Origin: a virus
Lineage: Duplodnaviria > Caudoviricetes
Strand: one strand, 5' to 3'
DNA length: 31,729 nt
Virus record (IMG/VR): IMGVR_UViG_3300025035_000073
Location: 1-31,729 of that record
Shown: positions 1 through 8,019 of the stretch, in pieces
How the letters are laid out: each line of letters begins with the position of its first letter
How positions within the stretch are numbered: position 1 is the stretch's first letter
Position numbers and translations under genes: made by a program
Notes under the pieces: generated by a model
Told to the model about the DNA's origin: nothing
What the model saw: only the letters and a program-made list of their open reading frames with translations
The model's database searches: none

Positions 1-465
1 CAGCGGCTTGGCCTCAGCTTGTTTGGCTGCAGCCACCTTGGAGGTAGCGGGTTGCTTGGCTGCAGCCACCTTGGAGGTAGCGGGTTGCTTGGCTGCAGCC
101 ACCTTGGAGGTAGCGGGTTGCTTGGCGGGGGCGGTTTTCTTGACGTCAGTCATTTGAGGTTCCTCTTTCAAAGGGATGATTCGAGCAGGGTCATAGGGCG
201 TAGCAGGGTCTGCCACGATGCGCTCAAGGTGCTCTTGGGCCTTGGGCGACATTTCACGGTATTGCGTAGCGCCGAGGTACAACTCAGCGGCGCGGCGCAC
301 CGGGTATTCGGGGAACTCTTCCCACTCATCATGGAACTCACGGTTGTCGGCCTTCTTGAGCCCCAGGCTGTCCATGGGAATGTAGTAGGTGAACTTGCGT
401 CCCACGGCCACCCGTATGCAGGTGTAGGATTGGCCGCGTCTGCGGCACACTACGGGGGCGTCCAT
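1..465 (-). CDS. Hypothetical protein, partial (runs off the window), with an in-frame internal start at 153 leading into a Lys/Ala/Pro-rich histone H1-like repeat region
   Basis: Frame open from ATG 465 (MDAPVVCRRRGQSYTCIRVAVGRKFTYYIP...) through 153 (MTDVKKTAPAKQPATSKVAAAK...) to the window edge. It is absent from the ORF track because there is no stop. GAGGA RBS before ATG 153. Confidence 0.7.
   Translation of the reverse strand, partial: MDAPVVCRRRGQSYTCIRVAVGRKFTYYIPMDSLGLKKADNREFHDEWEEFPEYPVRRAAELYLGATQYREMSPKAQEHLERIVADPATPYDPARIIPLKEEPQMTDVKKTAPAKQPATSKVAAAKQPATSKVAAAKQPATSKVAAAKQAEAKPL
23..126. repeat. 33-bp tandem repeat, 3 copies plus a partial copy, encoding AKQPATSKVAA
   Basis: ttggctgcagccaccttggaggtagcgggttgc at 23, 56 and 89; partial at 122. 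Confidence 0.95.
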
Positions 466-466
466 C

Positions 467-667
467 TCAGCAGACCTCAGTGGAGGCCAGGATGGTGATT
501 GGGACTCCAGCCGGGAACATGCCCAGGAACTGGATACGGGGCTGGGGAATACGCTTGGCCACAGCCTCCTCCACCTTGGCGTGGAAGGCTTCATCCGGGG
601 CAGGAAATAATTGAGTGCTGCTGTCACCGGGGACTGCGGTCTTGGGTTTGGCTTGAAAGTAGATCAT
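467..667 (-). CDS. Hypothetical protein (66 aa)
   Basis: AGGA RBS before the ATG; stop lies immediately upstream of the next start at 465. Confidence 0.6.
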   Translation of the reverse strand: MIYFQAKPKTAVPGDSSTQLFPAPDEAFHAKVEEAVAKRIPQPRIQFLGMFPAGVPITILASTEVC

Positions 668-705
668 GTGTCGGTTCCTATCACTCAGACGTTACGGTTT
701 GTCTT

Positions 706-735
706 GAGGGAGACGGAGTATAGTCCGTCTCCCTC
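706..735. other. Perfect 12-bp intergenic hairpin without a U-tract
   Basis: gagggagacgga-gtatag-tccgtctccctc. Confidence 0.85.
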
Positions 736-753
736 CGAAAGTATAGCGGAAGA

Positions 754-1011
754 TCAAACTTCCACCGGTGCCATGATGCCTTGTTGGACGCACCAGTGAG
801 CGTAGCGCACAATCCGGGCAGTGTTGGCCTTCTTTGCCTCACCGCCCTTGCTGGGCACTTGCTTGCCGACGAACCGCTTGGTGAGGTCATGGACCGTGAA
901 CGTGCCCTTCTTTTGAGCGTACTCAACGAACTGAGCCAAGAAGCCCCATCCCTTGACCTTGCTGGTGTCAGCTACTTGGAGGGTGAGGGTGCGGACGGTA
1001 GTGTAAGCCAT
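754..1011 (-). CDS. Small basic hypothetical early protein (85 aa)
   Basis: AGGAG RBS; first gene after the promoter at 1076-1104. Confidence 0.75.
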   Translation of the reverse strand: MAYTTVRTLTLQVADTSKVKGWGFLAQFVEYAQKKGTFTVHDLTKRFVGKQVPSKGGEAKKANTARIVRYAHWCVQQGIMAPVEV

Positions 1012-1075
1012 GATGAACTCCTAACAGTGGTACAGGTTGAACAGAGCGTTGACATTCGGTATCAACGTGAGACGA

Positions 1076-1135
1076 ACTCTAAACCGGAACTTCGGGTTCG
1101 TAAAGCCCTTTTTAGAATAACCCGAAGTTCCGGTT
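1076..1135 (-). promoter_or_regulatory. Sigma70-like early promoter (TTTACG-17-TAGAGT) with two 17-bp operator-like inverted repeats
   Basis: -35 at 1099-1104, -10 at 1076-1081. 1082-1098 and 1119-1135 are perfect inverted copies. 24-bp core identical to 10342-10365. Confidence 0.75.
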
Positions 1136-1141
1136 GGTCTT

Positions 1142-2650
1142 TCAGTCGACGCGCTTGCGAGTCTTGAGGGCGTCCAACAGCACCTTCTGGGTGCGGTTCT
1201 TGCGCCGGAGGGCGTACATGACGCTCTCATCCACGGTGTTGCGGGCAATGAAGTGGTACACATGGAGGTGTTCGCTGTGGTTGCCTTGGCGGCGCAGACG
1301 ACGGTTGAATTGGTCGTACAGCTCAAAGTCCCACGTGAGCGTGAACCAAGCTATGTGGTGTGCGTGGCTCTCCTGCAGGTTCAGGCCGTGGCCAATGGAG
1401 GCCGGGTGACCAAACAGCAGCGGTAGCTCGCCCCGGTTCCATGCGGCCTCCAACTCCTCCCCGCGTTGCCCGCTGACGCCCCCGCCAATGTAGGGCGTGT
1501 TGGGGAACCGCTTGAGCAGGCGCTCCAGGTCGTGGTTGAAGTCATACGCCACCAGCAGCTGTTGGCCTTGCAGTTCGTCAATCAGACGCTCCAACTCATC
1601 CAGTTTGTCGTCGTGCAACAGCACCCACTTGCGGTCAGCCTTCCGTCCTCCGTTGGTACTCACCGCCCCGGTCACTGGGTCAACGGTGGGGAGGTACAAG
1701 GCACCCGAGCACACCTGACGGCACTTACTGTTGGCGCTGCCGGAGTTGGCGGCCACAATCAAGTGCTGGTCCACTTGGGTGAGTAGCTCTCCCTCCAACT
1801 CCTCGTACTGCTTGCGCACGGTGGGCGGCAGGTCAAACTTGATGACGTGGTCCAGCTGCTTGGGCAAGGTGAGGTAGTCATCAGCGTCCATGCGCAGAGC
1901 CAAGGGCTGGAGGCGTGCGTGAATGGCCTCCTCAGCGCCCTCCTTGGGACGCCAGTTGTAGCCCATCTTGTCTGTGGGCAGGAAGTACGCTGCCTTGTAG
2001 TGCGTGATGTACTGACCGAGCGCATTGCCTTCGTCTAACACGTAGCACTGACCAAACAGGTCGAGCAGACCGTTGGAGGCCGGGGAGCCGGTCAAGCCCC
2101 ACCTGCGGCTGAACTTCTTCAACCACGGCTTGACGAGCTTGTAGCGCAGAGTGCCGGGGTGCTTCATCTTGCTGAGTTCGTCCCACACCAACGTGTCCAC
2201 GTTCTTCAGCAGAGCCTTGCCCGCTTCCGTCAGCACCGGCTTCTGTACCTTGCCCACCTTGACAAAGTTGAACAGCCACGCCAGACCCTCATAGTTGATC
2301 ACATAGAAGTCATGCTCCTCGCGCACCAAGCGTTCTTTGTCGTTGCCGTGCAGCACCGCCAAGTCAAGACCTTCGAAGTCTGCCCACTTTGCTACCTCCT
2401 TTGGCCAAGTGGTTCTTGCCGGGCGGAGTGGGGCCACTATCAGCGCCCCGCGCATCACGCCTTCCTTCAGCAGAATCTTGCTGGCAGCTATCGTCACGCT
2501 GGTCTTCCCCAGGCCAGGGTCTAAAAAGAGCGCAGCGGCTCCGTGCTCCAGCAGGAACTTGACAGCCTTGCGCTGATAGGCGTGCGGCGTCCAGCGCGGC
2601 TTGGACGGCTTGGAAGGCTTCTTCGCGGTTGTCGTGGATTTGGACATCAT
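1142..2650 (-). CDS. SNF2-family (SF2) helicase
   Basis: Motifs PHAYQ, DPGLGKT, WDELS, LTGSP, HGLNLQ, QFNRRLRRQG. Confidence 0.93.
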   Translation of the reverse strand: MMSKSTTTAKKPSKPSKPRWTPHAYQRKAVKFLLEHGAAALFLDPGLGKTSVTIAASKILLKEGVMRGALIVAPLRPARTTWPKEVAKWADFEGLDLAVLHGNDKERLVREEHDFYVINYEGLAWLFNFVKVGKVQKPVLTEAGKALLKNVDTLVWDELSKMKHPGTLRYKLVKPWLKKFSRRWGLTGSPASNGLLDLFGQCYVLDEGNALGQYITHYKAAYFLPTDKMGYNWRPKEGAEEAIHARLQPLALRMDADDYLTLPKQLDHVIKFDLPPTVRKQYEELEGELLTQVDQHLIVAANSGSANSKCRQVCSGALYLPTVDPVTGAVSTNGGRKADRKWVLLHDDKLDELERLIDELQGQQLLVAYDFNHDLERLLKRFPNTPYIGGGVSGQRGEELEAAWNRGELPLLFGHPASIGHGLNLQESHAHHIAWFTLTWDFELYDQFNRRLRRQGNHSEHLHVYHFIARNTVDESVMYALRRKNRTQKVLLDALKTRKRVD

Positions 2651-2879
2651 AACCTCTGTATCGTAGTTGTTTGTGAATCAGCGCTTGTTTGGGGCTGGCA
2701 ACGCCTCCAGGTCGTTTGAACTCAATGAGCAAGGGGCGGCCACCCGGTATCCAGAACACCCGGTCAGGCCACCCCGTACTGCCCACCACGTTGAGCTTCA
2801 GCGACAACACACCCAATGTGTTGTACGCCTTGTCCACAACCCAGTTCTCAATCAGCACCTCTAGTTGGTAGGTACTCAC
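2364..2879 (-). CDS. VRR-NUC domain nuclease
   Basis: GWPDR...LIEFKRPGG...SPKQ motif. GTG start overlaps the GNAT stop (GTGA) with GGAGG RBS. Confidence 0.85.
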   Translation of the reverse strand: MSTYQLEVLIENWVVDKAYNTLGVLSLKLNVVGSTGWPDRVFWIPGGRPLLIEFKRPGGVASPKQALIHKQLRYRGYDVQIHDNREEAFQAVQAALDAARLSAQGCQVPAGARSRCALFRPWPGEDQRDDSCQQDSAEGRRDARGADSGPTPPGKNHLAKGGSKVGRLRRS

Positions 2880-3259
2880 CGCCACCTCCGCACCATGATG
2901 CAAGGGTCTGCCTTGCGGGACTTGAAGCCGAAGCGTGCGTAGAACACCTGCAGTTCCTCCTTGGTCATACGGGGCACCGAGCGCTTGTTGCGGTCTTTCT
3001 GTGGCCCATAGGCTGCCGTCCTGAGTACCAAGTCCGTCTGGTGCGCATCTGCCCACTCTACGACTGTGGTGAGTAGCTCCTGCGCCCACCCTCTGCCCCG
3101 GCGCAACGGGTGCACGTACACGTCTGTCAGTTCCAGCAAAGGAACCGACTTGCGCCGGGTCAGGTGTAGGTCGTAGTTGAGCTCATCTACCGACAACAAA
3201 GTGACCTCACCTATGAAGCCACCCGACCCTACAGTCCACCGGTGAGTTACGCCTCCCAT
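2876..3259 (-). CDS. GNAT-family acetyltransferase
   Basis: Acetyl-CoA-binding motif VYVHPLRRGRGWAQELL and C-terminal FYARFGF. Start taken at ATG 3259. Confidence 0.85.
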   Translation of the reverse strand: MGGVTHRWTVGSGGFIGEVTLLSVDELNYDLHLTRRKSVPLLELTDVYVHPLRRGRGWAQELLTTVVEWADAHQTDLVLRTAAYGPQKDRNKRSVPRMTKEELQVFYARFGFKSRKADPCIMVRRWR

Positions 3260-3798
3260 GCCTGTAGCTCCGTCATCAAGCGAACTGCGTGCTCCGCTTG
3301 ACTCTTGGCGTCGTCCAAGGCGTTGTGGTACACTCCAGTGCGCACCAGCGTGACAGAGGGCTTCATGCCCTTCAGCGTGCGGTAGCACCTGTTGTTCCAG
3401 AACGGCCATGCTGGGGCTTCCACGCACACTTCAGCGTAGGCCACGTTGAGGATGGCGTTGTCAAAGTCCGCCCCGTTACCCCATACGCACGCATTCAAGT
3501 TGCCCTTGGCGTCCCGGTCTGTGAGCTTCTCCAGCCAGTCGTTGAAGGCTTCCAGCGCGTGCTTGAGCGGCACCTTGCCCACGTTGCTGAACAGACGCTC
3601 GCGGGCCTCTGGTGATTGCTTGGCCCACCAGTCGACAGTGTCCTGGTCTTCATGAAGGCCGGGTTGGTGGTCGCGCTGCACCTCCGTGTAGAACTCAGCG
3701 CCCAGCCCTTTCGGGCCAAACACTACCGCACCAATGCTGAGCACTTTGCAACCGGCACGGCGGCCAAGCGTTTCCAAATCTACCATTACGTGAATCAT
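3247..3798 (-). CDS. DEDDh 3'-5' exonuclease (exoribonuclease-like)
   Basis: VMVDLETLG, WGNGADFD, HNALDDAKSQA; AAGGAG RBS before ATG 3798. Confidence 0.9.
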   Translation of the reverse strand: MIHVMVDLETLGRRAGCKVLSIGAVVFGPKGLGAEFYTEVQRDHQPGLHEDQDTVDWWAKQSPEARERLFSNVGKVPLKHALEAFNDWLEKLTDRDAKGNLNACVWGNGADFDNAILNVAYAEVCVEAPAWPFWNNRCYRTLKGMKPSVTLVRTGVYHNALDDAKSQAEHAVRLMTELQAWEA

Positions 3799-3808
3799 TG
3801 TCGTCTCC

Positions 3809-4543
3809 TTAGAACTGGCATGGACCATTCTTGCTGGCGCTGAAGTAGCACCACCGGCAAGAGTTGGCGCTGGGCTTGGGGGCAAAGCGGGTATCTATCA
3901 TCATCGGCTTGACACGCTTGTTCCACTCGGTAAGCAGCTTCTTCAAGTCTGCGCGGGTATAGGTCACTTCCTGACCGGGTGGAGGGTACACATCACCGCT
4001 GTCCAGGTAGAGCAACCGAGGCACCACTGTGACGTCCTCCACCGCGCTCATCAACAAGGCGGCCAAGGCGTACAGTTCCAACTGCTCCATGTACTCGGCG
4101 TTCTTGAAGTCGTTCATCTTGCCGGTCTTGTAGTCAGTGACGTACAACACGTTGGCTTCTTCGTAGTGGGCACAGTCCAGCTTGATACGCACCCAGCAGT
4201 TGACCCAGTCATTCCAGGTCGACTCTTCCCACGTGTTGGTGAAGGCCCAGTTGTCCTCCACAATCATGGGTAGCTTCTTGGCTTTGTACATCTTCCGCAG
4301 CTTGGTGAACTCGTCCTTGAACAGCTTGAGTTCCGGCGGTAGCTTGGCCAGCGTGCCCCTCACGTACTGCTCGCACAAGTTGTGAATGGCCGCTCCGCGC
4401 TCCATGGCGGGGCTAGGCGGCTCCTTCAGCTTGTCAATGTGCTTGTACTTGGCCTTGGCGGGGCAACTCTTGTAGTCCTGATACCGGCTGAAACTCCAGC
4501 TGGTGAGGGGCTTGATGGGGATAACTTTCTTGGCGGTAGCCAT
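3809..4543 (-). CDS. PD-(D/E)XK Cas4/RecB-like exonuclease with putative Fe-S cysteines
   Basis: WSFSR..Y..CP, G.AIH, KLD...TDYKTGK, QLELYA, C-terminal CRWC...C. Confidence 0.88.
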   Translation of the reverse strand: MATAKKVIPIKPLTSWSFSRYQDYKSCPAKAKYKHIDKLKEPPSPAMERGAAIHNLCEQYVRGTLAKLPPELKLFKDEFTKLRKMYKAKKLPMIVEDNWAFTNTWEESTWNDWVNCWVRIKLDCAHYEEANVLYVTDYKTGKMNDFKNAEYMEQLELYALAALLMSAVEDVTVVPRLLYLDSGDVYPPPGQEVTYTRADLKKLLTEWNKRVKPMMIDTRFAPKPSANSCRWCYFSASKNGPCQF

Positions 4544-4545
4544 AT

Positions 4546-6465
4546 TCACTTTCCTTTCCAACGTGACAAATCGATCATAGGCTCCTTCAGTTCTTGCATG
4601 GCGCCCCAGTTGGCGCCAAACTCACCGTCAGAGAACATAGGTACATCGAACTCAACCGACATCATCGCTTCCCGCAGGCGGAGCATTTCCTTCTTGAACG
4701 CACCCTTGGGGGCGCTGATGTTGATTTCGTCGTGTACGGTGACCACAAACCGGGCGTCCCCATAGCCCATCTCATGGTAGCGGATCAAGGCTTCCTTGGT
4801 GCAGTCAGCAGCAGAGCCTTGAATGAGGTAGTTGAGCAGCTTGTACTCAAACGTGCGCAGCTGGCCGTCAATCACTCGTGGCTCTTCAGCGAAGTACTGA
4901 CGCCCACCCCAGGTGGTGATACATTGACCGGCTCTGCCCCGTTGCTTCACAGCAGCGTCCAGAACCTTCAGGCCGGGTAGGGCGCTCAACTGAGCGTTGC
5001 GGAGGGTGCGAATCTCCTCCACTGACTTGCCCAGCTTCTCAGCCATGCTGCCCACGCCTTGGCCGTACAGCAAGCCGAAGTTGAGCGCCTTGATAGGAGT
5101 ACGGGGCAAATCCAAGCCCATGAGCGTCTTGATGGCCTGTTGAACGAACGTGTGCACGTCCAACTTGGGGTTCTGCAAGTACGCCTGCAGCAGCTTGTCG
5201 TCTTCAAAGTGAGCCAGGATGCGTAGCTCTTGCTGGTTGTAATCTCGTCTGCCCCACCAGTGCTTGGGTGAGTCCGGCAGCAGAAACTGACGCATGAGCG
5301 GCAGGTGCGGTAGGCTCTTGAGGAAGTCCGGGTGGCTCCAGCCGTCGCCCTTGTCCTCAAACGACTTGGCCACAGCCATGAAGTTGGGACTGCTACTCAA
5401 CCGCCCGGTGCGTGCACCGGCGTCCCGGTCGTTGCGGGTCTGATTCCAACCCGCGTGCAGGATGCCGTTGGTTTGGTGGGCGGTGTCCAGCCAAGGCCGG
5501 ATGTACGTCTGCAGGCAGGTGGCCAACTTGCTACGGTAGCCCAGCACCTGGAACACCTTCTTGTTGTGGTAGTGCTCCGGCTTGAGTGCCTTCTTGTTCA
5601 TTGACTTCTTGCCGGTAGGCGTGAGCGTCCATTCAGTGATGACACCCTCCCGATCAAGCACTTCAGCCAGTTGGGTGTCGCTCTCAAAGTTCAGGTCAGG
5701 AGCCTTGAGCGTCTTGCGCAACCACGCTTCTGCGGCCACCGTGGCGGGCTCACCCACCGTCAGCGCAGACTCCAGAGCCTTGACATCGCACTTCATGCCT
5801 TGGCGCTCATTCTGCAGCAGGATGGGCACCAGCTTCTGCTCACGTCGATAGGCTGGGAGCATGTCACGGGCTGCAGCTTCCGGGTACAGCTTGTCAAAGA
5901 GCTTCTCAGTGCGCACAACGTCACCGTCGGCGTACTTGCCCACCAAGTCCCCTGGGCCAAGGCAAATCCACGCTCCGAAGTTGCCCTCCGTGATGCGCAC
6001 GTTGGCCGGTAGCAACCCCTCTGACTTGAGCCGTTTCTGGTGCTCCAACAGCCAGTCCCGCAGAGCGTGTTGCTCGGTGGGGGGCATGCCAAGGAACTTC
6101 TCAGCGGAGGGCTTCAACCCCAAGTTGAAGCTGTGCGGGTCGAGCAGGAATAGCAGGAACTGAGTGTCGTGGCACTTCAGCGGGTCAAGGGGCGCGTCCA
6201 TCAGCCCCATGTGCTCTTGTGCCACGTCAATATCGAACTTGCCGTTGTGAAACAACAAATGCTGCCCGCTGGTCCACGCGTCGCGTAGAACCTCGGCAGC
6301 TTGCTCTTGAATGCAGTTGTTCTTGACAGGGTGCCCCCACCCGTAGTATTTTGACTTCTTGCCCGGATACTTGATGCTGAAGCCTACGGGCTGCGGCGGG
6401 TAGTGCGGGCGCGGCTCAATGGGGCGCGTCTCAAAGTCGATTGTGATTGGTTTGATTTTGGTCAT
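4546..6465 (-). CDS. polA: DNA polymerase, family A, with 3'-5' exonuclease domain
   Basis: Exonuclease motifs DFET, HNGKFD, YADGD. Polymerase motifs TGRLSSSPN, DYNQQELR, KALNFGLLYG (Phe at the E. coli 762-equivalent site), NYLIQGSAAD, VHDEI. Confidence 0.96.
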   Translation of the reverse strand: MTKIKPITIDFETRPIEPRPHYPPQPVGFSIKYPGKKSKYYGWGHPVKNNCIQEQAAEVLRDAWTSGQHLLFHNGKFDIDVAQEHMGLMDAPLDPLKCHDTQFLLFLLDPHSFNLGLKPSAEKFLGMPPTEQHALRDWLLEHQKRLKSEGLLPANVRITEGNFGAWICLGPGDLVGKYADGDVVRTEKLFDKLYPEAAARDMLPAYRREQKLVPILLQNERQGMKCDVKALESALTVGEPATVAAEAWLRKTLKAPDLNFESDTQLAEVLDREGVITEWTLTPTGKKSMNKKALKPEHYHNKKVFQVLGYRSKLATCLQTYIRPWLDTAHQTNGILHAGWNQTRNDRDAGARTGRLSSSPNFMAVAKSFEDKGDGWSHPDFLKSLPHLPLMRQFLLPDSPKHWWGRRDYNQQELRILAHFEDDKLLQAYLQNPKLDVHTFVQQAIKTLMGLDLPRTPIKALNFGLLYGQGVGSMAEKLGKSVEEIRTLRNAQLSALPGLKVLDAAVKQRGRAGQCITTWGGRQYFAEEPRVIDGQLRTFEYKLLNYLIQGSAADCTKEALIRYHEMGYGDARFVVTVHDEINISAPKGAFKKEMLRLREAMMSVEFDVPMFSDGEFGANWGAMQELKEPMIDLSRWKGK

Positions 6466-6659
6466 GGTGTCAGCCCCAGGAGCTCCCTGTGCTCGCGTTG
6501 CCGGCGGAGCTTACTTGCCCGTTGGTAGATACGCAACATGACGGCGGGGCGTTTGCCAGCGCGGCGCTCTGCTTCAAGAGCGTCCCACACCAACTGTTCA
6601 TCCTCGCTCGCCTGTAGCTCTTCCACAAACTGGCGCCATGGTAAGGTGAGCAGGCTCAT
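6462..6659 (-). CDS. Hypothetical protein (65 aa)
   Basis: GAGGA RBS; ATGA overlap with the polymerase start. Confidence 0.75.
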   Translation of the reverse strand: MSLLTLPWRQFVEELQASEDEQLVWDALEAERRAGKRPAVMLRIYQRASKLRRQREHRELLGLTP

Positions 6660-6680
6660 ACGGATTCCTCGTTTGTAAAC

Positions 6681-6712
6681 ATAAACAACAAGGAGAGCCG
6701 AAGCCCTCCTTG
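6681..6712 (-). terminator. Intrinsic terminator after the SSB-like gene
   Basis: caaggagggc-UUCG-gctctccttg followed by a U-rich tail (ttgtttat). Confidence 0.8.
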
Positions 6713-6723
6713 CACGTCAGCGG

Positions 6724-7653
6724 TTAGAACTTACCGCGCTTGGCCGCAGGTGCAGGCTTGGCTGCAGGCTTGGCTGCAGGCTTGGCTGCAGGCTTGGCTG
6801 CAGGCTTGGCTGCAGGCTTGACTGCAGGCTTGCCAGGAGGAGCCTTCTTGGCCATGGCTTGTGCCATGCGGACTTGAGGACGTACCGGCTGGGCGACTGC
6901 CAGGTCAGCTTGCTTGAGGTACGGCAACACCAGCTGCTGGTTGACGGCAGTGACCTTCTTCTTCATGGCCTCATACAGTTCACCGTCGAAGTTGATGAGT
7001 TCTTCAAACTTGAAGGTGATTTGGAATTGGCTCTTGGGGTCAGGCACTACCTTGACCAAGCACACAACAGCCCAGTAGGGACGGCTCATGTCCTCAGCCA
7101 CAGCGTTGACGAACTTGGCCCAGTTCTTGGTGCTCATCACCGGCACGTTGAGCATGCGGACTTCAGCTTCGCTCAGTGACTCCACCGACTCCAGCGCGTC
7201 CTCAGTGATGACGGCCAAGCGGCGGATGTTCTTGCACGCCTTGCCCCGGCCCACGTCAGCACTGCCCATTTGGTTGGCCCAGCAATTGGAGCACAGACCG
7301 TTGTCGTCGCCTTGCTTGTCTTCGGCTTCCTCGTGGGGAGCCATGCCGTCTTCCGGAGCGTCGGCTTCAGGGTCACTGAAGCTGTAGCAGGCCGGTACGG
7401 TGGGCGTGTTGGGGTTGTAGGCTTCCGTGTAGTATTGATTCTCATGAACAGAACCGACAACAATGACGCGCAGTTCATTGTCTTCAACGGGGGTGTCGTC
7501 AATGCTCAGGATGCCGCCCCGAGTACTGAGCTTCTTGGTGAGGCCGGTGATCTTTTCGGCTTTGGCGGCTTTGACGGCGCGTTGCGCCATTTCGGCTTCC
7601 CACGGCACTACGGCGGTGGACTTGGCTGCTGCGGGTTTCTTTGGGGTGGCCAT
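6724..7653 (-). CDS. Putative ssDNA-binding/annealing protein with a KPAA-repeat C-terminal tail
   Basis: GAGAGGA RBS. Cys-containing core (PACYS...CSNCWANQMGS...GKACKNIRRLAV) resembles phage replication-module proteins next to polA. Has its own terminator. The SSB role is inferred. Confidence 0.6.
   Translation of the reverse strand: MATPKKPAAAKSTAVVPWEAEMAQRAVKAAKAEKITGLTKKLSTRGGILSIDDTPVEDNELRVIVVGSVHENQYYTEAYNPNTPTVPACYSFSDPEADAPEDGMAPHEEAEDKQGDDNGLCSNCWANQMGSADVGRGKACKNIRRLAVITEDALESVESLSEAEVRMLNVPVMSTKNWAKFVNAVAEDMSRPYWAVVCLVKVVPDPKSQFQITFKFEELINFDGELYEAMKKKVTAVNQQLVLPYLKQADLAVAQPVRPQVRMAQAMAKKAPPGKPAVKPAAKPAAKPAAKPAAKPAAKPAPAAKRGKF
6751..6834. repeat. 12-bp tandem repeat x7 encoding (A)KPA units, AlgP/H1-like
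   Basis: tgcaggcttggc x5 plus two variant copies. Confidence 0.95.
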
Positions 7654-7800
7654 GGTGTTTCCTCTCAAGTGGCATAGATAACAGAGTGAAGGTGCGGAGA
7701 TTTAAGCCTCTCCGTGGGCTACGGTTATTCTGTCAACGCATATTGTTCTCCTGTCCAGGCTCCAGAAACTGGCTGTGGGCTTCGCGTTCGTTGCGCATGA

Positions 7801-8019
7801 TTACCAGTCCTGAGCGCGGGTGGTATTCAGCACTTCTACGCGCTGAGTGCCGCCCTTGTTGCGCACCGTGGCCTTGACGTACACCTTGTCGCGTCCGGCA
7901 AACAACCTATCCAAGTCCGGCGTGAGCGGTACTTCAAACAGCACGGACTTGGTTTGGTTGTAGCCCAGCACTTGAGGTGCGCCAGCAAGGCTCCGTTGGA
8001 GCTTCAGCACAGTGCTCAT
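7801..8019 (-). CDS. Hypothetical protein (72 aa)
   Basis: ATGA overlap with the upstream gene; starts MSTVLKLQRS. Confidence 0.7.
   Translation of the reverse strand: MSTVLKLQRSLAGAPQVLGYNQTKSVLFEVPLTPDLDRLFAGRDKVYVKATVRNKGGTQRVEVLNTTRAQDW

Noticed and set aside
23-126. 33-bp repeats as a CRISPR array
   Set aside because: Head-to-tail with no spacers, length a multiple of 3, and inside a CDS.
3809-4543. Cas4-like nuclease as part of a CRISPR-Cas system
   Set aside because: No cas1/cas2 or array; stand-alone Cas4-like nucleases are common in phage replication modules.
7720-7800. AGGAG-ATG-CGT-TGA minigene and a TTGACA box
   Set aside because: No matching -10 at proper spacing, and a two-codon ORF cannot be assessed from sequence alone.
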